Sequence record: OQ349392.1
Length of the DNA: 64,000 nucleotides
Source: Escherichia phage KIT06
Direction: 5' to 3' (one strand)
Both the position numbers and the translations under genes were made by a program. The notes under the pieces are model-generated. The model was not told where the DNA came from. It saw nothing but the letters and a program-made list of their open reading frames with translations, and searched no databases. Each line of letters begins with the position of its first letter. The first letter of the stretch is position 1. This document shows, one piece after another, positions 56,946-64,000 of this stretch.

Positions 56946-57947
56946 ATGACTCGTAACGAATATATCAAATCATTCAATAGTGTTATTGATGATAAAGCTA
57001 TACCGATGTTTGGCCAAAATAGCGTTCTTTCTATTATCAATCAATGGCTCAATAGTGTTGATGCAGGTATTGTTTCTTCTACTAAATTTATTCATGAAAT
57101 TCGTAAAATTTCTAGTCGTGTAGATAAAGATGTTATCAAGAAAACCTTTAAAGAGTCTCGTCTTCTTTCATATTTGGTTAATCGGGATATTCTTGGTAAT
57201 TTTGGGAAAGAAATTAAACGAACCAAAGATGTAGTAGGATATAATTGGTTCGGTGATGTTAATTCTTATCATCTTAATAATAAAGAAGACCCTGAGAATA
57301 TTTTTACTCGTCGTTGGATTAGTAATTTCAGACTTTTCAAAGGACAGATTCTAAAATCAGCTTCTAAATTATGTTATGGCGATTATCGTCAAATTCATCC
57401 TTTGGCTTCTGATATGATTATCATAAAAGAATATGAACTTGATAAAAATAAAGTATCTATTTTTGTGAATTATGGATTTTTTACACCAGAAACTAACCAA
57501 AAGAATATTAATAAATTTTTCTCAATTGCTAGCACTATAACTCGTCAATTAGAAACCGCATTACTTTGTATGGAAACGGTAGAAAATATTCATACTTATC
57601 CTTTTAAGAATATGTGTGGTTGGGAAGGATATAAAATTATAATTAGCCTTCGTGAAGTGAAATGCGCTTATTCACCGACTGATAAAGAAATTTACCAACA
57701 AAAATGTGATGAAATTGTGAATACTCCTAAAGAAGAAACTACCCTTGAAGAACTAATGGATAATCTTGACGATTCGCCTGAACCGATAGAAATTCGTCCA
57801 GAAGTTATTGCACTAGAAAAAGCTTATAAAGAAGTTCTAGAAATTTCTAATAAAGCGCAGAAAGAATATGAGAAGGCTAAAAGGATTTGGGAAGAATCTG
57901 TTAATCGTCTGGATCGTCTTGAACAAGCTTTACAGCTAATTAAGTAA
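56946..57947 (+). CDS. hypothetical protein, member 3 of the tandem family
   Basis: Track ORF 56895..57947; ATG at 56946 with SD gaggag; C-terminal ...KAKRIWEESVNRLDRLEQALQLIK. Confidence 0.6.
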   Translation: MTRNEYIKSFNSVIDDKAIPMFGQNSVLSIINQWLNSVDAGIVSSTKFIHEIRKISSRVDKDVIKKTFKESRLLSYLVNRDILGNFGKEIKRTKDVVGYNWFGDVNSYHLNNKEDPENIFTRRWISNFRLFKGQILKSASKLCYGDYRQIHPLASDMIIIKEYELDKNKVSIFVNYGFFTPETNQKNINKFFSIASTITRQLETALLCMETVENIHTYPFKNMCGWEGYKIIISLREVKCAYSPTDKEIYQQKCDEIVNTPKEETTLEELMDNLDDSPEPIEIRPEVIALEKAYKEVLEISNKAQKEYEKAKRIWEESVNRLDRLEQALQLIK

Positions 57948-57999
57948 TTTAAAGCCAAGGATGGCTCGGAGTATAAATCATTAACCAAATGAGAAGAAC

Positions 58000-58929
58000 A
58001 TGAAAACTCGTAAACATTATATTGATTATTTTGATAGTCTTATTACTAAACACCGTAATTATCAGATCGGACACAGAGCAGTAATCAATAATATTCTTCG
58101 TGATTTCCTTCAATATGTTGGCCAGGAAAATCATATCTGTAAAGATACACAGAACGCTTATTCTCATTCGTTGGGCAATTTGCTTCAATGGTTTAAACGT
58201 TCTCGTATGTTATCTTCTACTGTAGCTCGCGATAACATTAAAAACTTTATGAAGCCGAGTTTTATTAAATCTGCGACATCTATAACTGATTTGGTTGAAT
58301 TTACTATTGTTAACGATGTTAAAAAGACCCATTTGGCTGATTGGCTATCTACCATTCCTGAAACTAAATTTGCTGATAAATTTGCCTGTCAATTTAATGA
58401 CCAAGTGAATATGCTTTTTAAGCATGCTCGTAAACTATTTACCGCAGGCGATGACCGTACAAATACAGTTCATGTTAAGGACTGGGTTATTGCTGATGAA
58501 GTAACACACAAGCCAGGTGGTTCATCAGTATTAATTAATATCCAGGTTCCTTATTATTACTCACGTAATCTCGGCACCATGACAGCTAGAGAAATTAATA
58601 AGCACAACAAAACTATTCGTTCGTTGTCTTATAAACTCCGCATGATGCTAAAAATTATGGACGTAGTGGAAATGTATGACGAAACCGAAGATAACGGTTC
58701 AATGTTATACAGTTCACGCATTCTAATTAAACTGAAGAACCCTAATACATATAAGACAGTTGTAAAAGAGCCTAAAGTAGAAAAGATTGATAACTTGAGC
58801 GAAGAACGTGAATATCTCAATGCTCGCTTAATTGAAGTTGAATCCCAGATTGCCGAACACACCAAATTGTTAAAAGCTCTTAATGCAAAAGCAAATGGTT
58901 TACGCAATGCTATTGAGGTATTGAAATGA
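58000..58929 (+). CDS. hypothetical protein, member 4 of the tandem family
   Basis: 309-aa ORF; C-terminal ...[24 protein letters not shown]. Confidence 0.6.
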   Translation: MKTRKHYIDYFDSLITKHRNYQIGHRAVINNILRDFLQYVGQENHICKDTQNAYSHSLGNLLQWFKRSRMLSSTVARDNIKNFMKPSFIKSATSITDLVEFTIVNDVKKTHLADWLSTIPETKFADKFACQFNDQVNMLFKHARKLFTAGDDRTNTVHVKDWVIADEVTHKPGGSSVLINIQVPYYYSRNLGTMTAREINKHNKTIRSLSYKLRMMLKIMDVVEMYDETEDNGSMLYSSRILIKLKNPNTYKTVVKEPKVEKIDNLSEEREYLNARLIEVESQIAEHTKLLKALNAKANGLRNAIEVLK

Positions 58930-59243
58930 AAAAGCGTCTATTAGAAGATATTGCAGCTTCAAGTAATTCCAGTCTAATTAAAATTATTATGGCTGGTGAA
59001 GAAGACGATCTGGAAATGCGTGGAAAGATTCATGGTTGCGATGATTTAGACTTTAAACCTCCAGCCTGGGATGCCATTATGGTTATGGTTGAACGCCGCG
59101 AAAGGGCTTCTAAGAATGTTCCGAACTGCCCAAAATGTGGTACTGAACAGGTTCAATTAATTCATTGGCAGACTAGTAATCTTCGTTATAAATGTCGTCA
59201 TTGCAAACACCGATTTAACCGAGAAGAAAATGACCAAGCGTAA
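58926..59243 (+). CDS. zinc-ribbon protein
   Basis: 105-aa ORF with CPKCG...CRHCKH C4 motif. Confidence 0.55.
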   Translation: MKKRLLEDIAASSNSSLIKIIMAGEEDDLEMRGKIHGCDDLDFKPPAWDAIMVMVERRERASKNVPNCPKCGTEQVQLIHWQTSNLRYKCRHCKHRFNREENDQA

Positions 59244-59472
59244 AGAATATATGGAGATTGCTGAAAAGGCAGTCCGCGAATTAGCAATAGCTTATTATTA
59301 TGAACATGGTAAATTTCCTGATAGATACAGCGTGCTTAAATCTGCTTTAACTCGTTCATATAAAAATATGCTATCAGAAGTAAGTGATATTATATACAAA
59401 CATAAAGAACAAACAGGTCAAAGTCTTGATTACGACGAGACTTTTAAACAAGTACTAGGAATTAAGGAATAA
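59230..59472 (+). CDS. hypothetical protein
   Basis: 80-aa ORF overlapping the previous gene. Confidence 0.5.
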   Translation: MTKRKEYMEIAEKAVRELAIAYYYEHGKFPDRYSVLKSALTRSYKNMLSEVSDIIYKHKEQTGQSLDYDETFKQVLGIKE

Positions 59473-59473
59473 T

Positions 59474-59737
59474 ATGTTTAAAGTATATGGTTATGATAGC
59501 AGCATCCATAAATGTGTGTATTGCGATAATGCAAAACGTCTTTTGACTGTGAAGAAACAGCCGTTTGAATTTATCAACATTATGCCGGAAAAAGGTGTTT
59601 TTGATGATGAGAAAATCGCTGAGCTTCTAACTAAACTGGGTCGTGATACTCAAATTGGTTTGACAATGCCACAAGTATTTGCTCCTGATGGAAGTCATAT
59701 TGGTGGATTTGACCAATTGCGGGAATACTTTAAATGA
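59474..59737 (+). CDS. nrdC: phage glutaredoxin/thioredoxin NrdC
   Basis: 87-aa ORF MFKVYGYDSSIHKCVYCDNAKRLL... with CVYC redox motif. Confidence 0.92.
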   Translation: MFKVYGYDSSIHKCVYCDNAKRLLTVKKQPFEFINIMPEKGVFDDEKIAELLTKLGRDTQIGLTMPQVFAPDGSHIGGFDQLREYFK

Positions 59738-59949
59738 TGCTCGAAGGAACTGATTATATCCATGACTACCGCGGAAGCTCGGTATATGTAGGTGATGAGG
59801 TTGCAGTTTATTACGGGTATGGAACTTTGATGACAGCAAAGGTTATTCAAATTAAAAATAATCGTGCTAAACTCGAAGTTTATTATTCTAACGGTGAAAA
59901 GTCTATTTCTAAATGGAAATACGGCGATTGCATGGTCAAACTGGGGTAA
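59734..59949 (+). CDS. hypothetical protein
   Basis: 71-aa ORF, ATGA overlap with nrdC. Confidence 0.5.
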   Translation: MMLEGTDYIHDYRGSSVYVGDEVAVYYGYGTLMTAKVIQIKNNRAKLEVYYSNGEKSISKWKYGDCMVKLG

Positions 59950-59951
59950 AT

Positions 59952-60122
59952 ATGATTTACGATATTAGTGTATCAAGAACTCCGTCAATGGTTACTATTC
60001 CAGCCGAAGAATTAGATCGTCTTCAGAAAATTGAAGAGCTTCTTTGGGAAATTGAATCTGATTTGCCATCAGGATTAGAATCCTGGATTGATTATGAAGA
60101 ACTTAATAAATTGCGAAATTAA
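59952..60122 (+). CDS. hypothetical small protein
   Basis: Track ORF 59913..60122; ATG at 59952; 56 aa. Confidence 0.45.
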   Translation: MIYDISVSRTPSMVTIPAEELDRLQKIEELLWEIESDLPSGLESWIDYEELNKLRN

Positions 60123-60133
60123 AGTGGTGAAAA

Positions 60134-60454
60134 ATGAATATTGAAAATAAATTAGATGTTGATGCAGTTCTGAGTGAAATCATCGAAGACCATGATGCAT
60201 TTTCAGAAAATTATGATTTCGATTTTTCGGATTATCTTAAACCTGTCGAAATAGAAGATTGGGTACAAGATGGCAAATGCCAATATCGGAAGTGCGTTTA
60301 TTTTAGTCCGAAACATAATGTACATGTTTCCGTAAATGAATCTCGCTCAGGTTCTTACCATTCTGACTGGTATTATGCAGTTCCAACTGTTGAACTAGTC
60401 GAGCCTCGTGAACGCGTAGTAACTCAGACAATACGAGAATGGATTACGCTATAA
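60134..60454 (+). CDS. hypothetical acidic protein
   Basis: 106-aa ORF. Confidence 0.5.
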   Translation: MNIENKLDVDAVLSEIIEDHDAFSENYDFDFSDYLKPVEIEDWVQDGKCQYRKCVYFSPKHNVHVSVNESRSGSYHSDWYYAVPTVELVEPRERVVTQTIREWITL

Positions 60455-60577
60455 AACCTTGGTGGGCGGCTAGATGGGAAACTGTAGAGCCAGAGCCGGA
60501 AGAACCGGTTTACACTGATGAAGAAACAGTATATAATGAACCTACGATAAATGACTTAATTGATATGGAGATGGGAC

Positions 60578-61024
60578 ATGATTACAGTAGATAAGTGGTT
60601 TAGAATTAATCGTGCTGATACAGGGCTGTGTAATTATTGGCCGGAACTTAGTGCAGGTACTGTCTTTAAAGTTCGTGAACTTACAAAAGAATGCGAAGAT
60701 GATATAGAACCTGATACTGGAATTATTGAAATTGAACTTTCTGATGGAAAGATTATTAACATCTACGATAAGCCAATTACGTATTGGTGCTTATGGAATA
60801 CTGAATCAGTAGAAAATGGCGAAATTGAAGAGGTCGTAGAACGAGTTGATCAAGCTATTCATAAACCTAAAGCCGCTTTTCAAGGTGAACGTATTTCATA
60901 TGCATTAGCTAAATTAGCTGCGCAAGAAAACAACGATGGCTATGAAGGAAATTTGATGCAAGCTGCGGCAGAATATATTGAATGGCTTGAAACTCAAATT
61001 TCTTTTTCTGACCGAGCATTTTAA
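60578..61024 (+). CDS. hypothetical protein
   Basis: Track ORF 60560..61024 (TTG); first in-frame ATG at 60578; about 148 aa; a possible 52-aa overlapping ORF at 60439..60597 is unresolved. Confidence 0.5.
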   Translation: MITVDKWFRINRADTGLCNYWPELSAGTVFKVRELTKECEDDIEPDTGIIEIELSDGKIINIYDKPITYWCLWNTESVENGEIEEVVERVDQAIHKPKAAFQGERISYALAKLAAQENNDGYEGNLMQAAAEYIEWLETQISFSDRAF

Positions 61025-61073
61025 TACTTGAAAATAATAAATACCCTTATCTATTCAAGGTAAGGGTTTTATT

Positions 61074-61547
61074 ATGTTATTGACTGGCAAATTATACAAA
61101 GAAGAAAAACAAAAATTTTATGATGCACAAAACGGTAAATGCTTAATTTGCCAACGAGAACTAAATCCTGATGTTCAAGCTAATCACCTTGACCATGACC
61201 ATGAATTAAATGGACCAAAAGCAGGAAAGGTACGTGGGTTGCTATGTAATCTCTGTAATGCTGCAGAAGGTCAAATGAAGCATAAATTCAATCGTTCTGG
61301 CTTAAAGGGACAAGGTGTTGATTATCTTGAATGGCTAGAAAATTTACTTACTTATTTAAAATCCGATTACACCCAAAATAATATTCACCCTAACTTCGTT
61401 GGAGATAAATCAAAGGAATTTTCTCGTTTAGGAAAAGAGGAAATGATGGCTGAGATGCTTCAAAGAGGATTTGAATATAATGAATCTGACACTAAAACAC
61501 AATTAATAGCTTCATTTAAGAAGCAGCTTAGAAAGAGTTTAAAATGA
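61074..61547 (+). CDS. 49: endonuclease VII (Holliday junction resolvase)
   Basis: 157-aa ORF; CxxC...HLDHDH...CNLCN zinc and active-site motifs; size matches T4 gp49. Confidence 0.88.
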   Translation: MLLTGKLYKEEKQKFYDAQNGKCLICQRELNPDVQANHLDHDHELNGPKAGKVRGLLCNLCNAAEGQMKHKFNRSGLKGQGVDYLEWLENLLTYLKSDYTQNNIHPNFVGDKSKEFSRLGKEEMMAEMLQRGFEYNESDTKTQLIASFKKQLRKSLK

Positions 61548-63361
61548 CAATTGAAAAAGAAATTGAAGGATTGATTCATAAAACTAATAAAGACCTTTTA
61601 AACGAGAATGCTAATAAAGATTCTCGTGTTTTTCCAACTCAACGGGACCTTATGGCTGGTATTGTGTCTAAACACATTGCCAAAAATATGGTCCCGTCTT
61701 TTATTATGAAAGCGCATGAAAGCGGAATTATTCATTTCCATGATATTGATTATTCCCCTGCTCTTCCATTTACTAATTGCTGTTTAGTAGATTTAAAAGG
61801 AATGCTTGAGAACGGATTTAAGCTCGGTAATGCACAGATTGAAACTCCTAAATCAATCGGTGTTGCTACTGCAATTATGGCACAAATTACTGCACAGGTT
61901 GCTTCCCATCAATATGGTGGAACGACTTTTGCGAATGTAGATAAAGTACTTTCTCCTTATGTTAAACGCACCTATGCAAAACATATTGAGGACGCAGAAA
62001 AATGGCAAATCGCTGATGCGTTGAATTATGCCCAATCTAAAACAGAAAAAGATGTATACGATGCATTCCAAGCTTATGAATACGAAGTAAATACTCTCTT
62101 TAGTTCAAACGGACAAACGCCTTTTGTAACAATTACATTTGGTACGGGAACTGACTGGACTGAACGAATGATTCAGAAAGCAATTCTGAAAAATCGTATT
62201 AAAGGCCTTGGTCGCGACGGGATAACTCCTATTTTCCCTAAACTTGTTATGTTCGTTGAAGAAGGTGTTAATCTTTATAAAGACGATCCGAACTATGATA
62301 TTAAGCAGCTTGCTCTAGAATGTGCAAGTAAAAGAATGTATCCTGACATCATTTCGGCTAAGAACAATAAAGCTATCACCGGTTCATCTATTCCTGTTTC
62401 TCCAATGGGTTGTCGTAGTTTCTTGGGTGTATGGAAAGATTCGACTGGTAATGAAATTCTTGATGGACGTAATAATCTTGGTGTTGTAACACTGAATCTT
62501 CCTCGCATTGCACTAGATTCTTATATTGGAACACAGTTCAATGAACAGAAATTTGCCGAATTGTTCAATGAGAGAATGGATTTATGTTTTGAAGCATTGA
62601 TGTGTAGAATTAGTTCATTAAAAGGAGTTAAAGCTACTGTTGCTCCTATTCTTTACCAAGAAGGTGCATTCGGGGTTCGTCTTAAACCTGATGACGATAT
62701 AATTGAGTTATTTAAAAACGGTAGAAGTTCAGTGTCTTTGGGATACATTGGTATTCACGAATTGAATATTCTTGTCGGTCGTGATATTGGACAAGAAATT
62801 TTAACTAAAATGAATGCTCATCTTAAGCAGTGGACTGAAAGAACTGGTTTTGCTTTTAGTTTGTATTCGACACCTGCTGAAAACCTGTGCTATCGCTTCT
62901 GTAAACTTGATACCGAAAAATATGGAAGTGTAAAAGATGTTACCGATAAAGGCTGGTACACTAACAGTTTCCACGTTTCAGTAGAAGAAAATATCACTCC
63001 GTTTGAAAAGATTTCTCGTGAAGCACCATATCATTTCATTGCGACAGGTGGTCACATTTCTTATGTTGAACTTCCTGATATGAAAAATAACCTAAAAGGT
63101 CTTGAGGCTGTATGGGATTATGCTGCGCAACATTTAGATTATTTTGGCGTTAACATGCCAGTAGATAAATGTTTTACGTGTGGAAGTACCCATGAAATGA
63201 CTCCTACTGAAAACGGATTTGTTTGTTCTATTTGTGGAGAAACTGATCCTAAAAAGATGAACACAATAAGAAGAACATGCGGATATCTTGGAACTCCTAG
63301 CGTTGTTCCATGGAATTTAGGTAAAATGAAAGAAATGGTAAAACGAGTAAAACATGCATAG
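61544..63361 (+). CDS. nrdD: anaerobic ribonucleoside-triphosphate reductase NrdD, uninterrupted
   Basis: 605-aa continuous ORF; C-terminal Zn-ribbon (CFTCGSTHE...CSICGETD) and glycyl-radical motif RRTCGYLG; ATGA overlap with gene 49. Confidence 0.95.
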   Translation: MTIEKEIEGLIHKTNKDLLNENANKDSRVFPTQRDLMAGIVSKHIAKNMVPSFIMKAHESGIIHFHDIDYSPALPFTNCCLVDLKGMLENGFKLGNAQIETPKSIGVATAIMAQITAQVASHQYGGTTFANVDKVLSPYVKRTYAKHIEDAEKWQIADALNYAQSKTEKDVYDAFQAYEYEVNTLFSSNGQTPFVTITFGTGTDWTERMIQKAILKNRIKGLGRDGITPIFPKLVMFVEEGVNLYKDDPNYDIKQLALECASKRMYPDIISAKNNKAITGSSIPVSPMGCRSFLGVWKDSTGNEILDGRNNLGVVTLNLPRIALDSYIGTQFNEQKFAELFNERMDLCFEALMCRISSLKGVKATVAPILYQEGAFGVRLKPDDDIIELFKNGRSSVSLGYIGIHELNILVGRDIGQEILTKMNAHLKQWTERTGFAFSLYSTPAENLCYRFCKLDTEKYGSVKDVTDKGWYTNSFHVSVEENITPFEKISREAPYHFIATGGHISYVELPDMKNNLKGLEAVWDYAAQHLDYFGVNMPVDKCFTCGSTHEMTPTENGFVCSICGETDPKKMNTIRRTCGYLGTPSVVPWNLGKMKEMVKRVKHA

Positions 63362-64000
63362 GTATTATATAATTTATAAAATAACAAATATAATTAATTC
63401 AAAGGAATATATCGGTGCGCATAGCACCGATAACATAAATGACGGTTATATGGGGTCAGGAACATTGATTCGTGCCGCTTTATTAAAATATGGTAGAAAA
63501 AATTTTAATAAAGAAATTTTACATGTTTTTGATAATGAAAAACAAATGTATGATAAAGAAGCTGAACTCGTAACCGAAGAGTATTGTCTAAAAGAAAATA
63601 CATATAATATTAAACCTGGTGGAAAAGGTGGAACTGCCTATGAACAGACACTTGAACATCGCCGCAAAAATAGTTTAGCAAATAAAGGTAAAAAGAGAAC
63701 AGAAGAAACTAAAATAGCTATTTCACGTGCTTTAAAGAAATATAAACGTACGCCAGAGCATCAAGCAAATTTAAATAAAGCCGTAAGCATAGCTATGAAG
63801 CGAAAAGATGTTAGAAGTAAATTAGCTGGAGAGCGGTCTGAGAAAGATAAATTATCTATATCAAACGGTGTTAAAAAATATTACAATTCTTTGAGTGAAG
63901 AAGAACGCGAACTTCATCGCAAGCGAATTATTGAAGGTAAAAAGAATTCTCCCATGTCATTGGAATCTAGACAAAAGCTTTCAAAAGCTTTAAAAGGACT
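63354..64000 (+). mobile_element. GIY-YIG homing endonuclease gene (free-standing, Seg/I-Tev-like), 3' end beyond the window
   Basis: Translated by hand from ATG 63354, overlapping the nrdD stop: MHRYYIIYKITNIINSKEYIGAHS... (GIY-x10-YIG), conserved R and E, then repeated basic NUMOD3-like segments; at least 215 aa with no stop before the window end. Confidence 0.8.

Noticed and set aside
60439-60597. 52-aa ORF (MDYAIKPWWAARWETVEPEPEEPVYTDEE...) overlapping the 3' end of ORF 60134..60454 and the start of ORF 60578..61024
   Set aside because: Too short and overlapping on both sides to call without comparative or expression evidence
61544-63361. Searched nrdD for a group I intron
   Set aside because: The 605-codon reading frame is continuous with conserved N- and C-terminal features, so no intron interrupts the coding sequence in this window

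Overview
This window is a 64-kb segment of a T4-like (T-even, Tequatrovirus-type) Escherichia phage genome. Positions 385-29066 carry the late structural module on the minus strand in canonical T4 order: 23, 22, 21, 68, 67, 20, 19, 18, 17, 16, 15, 14, 13, wac, 12, 11, 10, 9, 8, 7, 6, 5.4, 5.1, 5, 53. Positions 29114-64000 carry plus-strand genes: 4, 2, 3, 1, 57A, 57B (Acb1), an internal-protein (ipI) cassette locus, a 10-tRNA array with a structured RNA region, lysozyme e with e.x-like ORFs, ipII/ipIII-like genes, a GrcA-like glycyl-radical cofactor, regB, a macro-domain ORF, tk, rI, a long run of small uncharacterised early ORFs, nrdC, 49, nrdD, and the start of a GIY-YIG homing endonuclease. 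Gene identities rest on recognisable protein sequences, sizes and synteny recalled from T4; no database search was run. The phage is close to T4 but not identical as far as I can recall T4: nrdD is uninterrupted, no segB or denV is seen at the expected places, and there are 10 rather than 8 tRNAs. The most striking anomaly is a perfect 127-bp tandem duplication inside baseplate gene 7 that breaks its reading frame. Other points worth a second look are an expanded internal-protein cassette locus with repeated promoter-plus-hairpin modules, a frameshifted cassette, several tandem paralog families of unknown function, and candidate nucleotide-signalling or counter-defence genes. I did not find a single clearly novel multi-gene system; the candidates are listed as separate findings.
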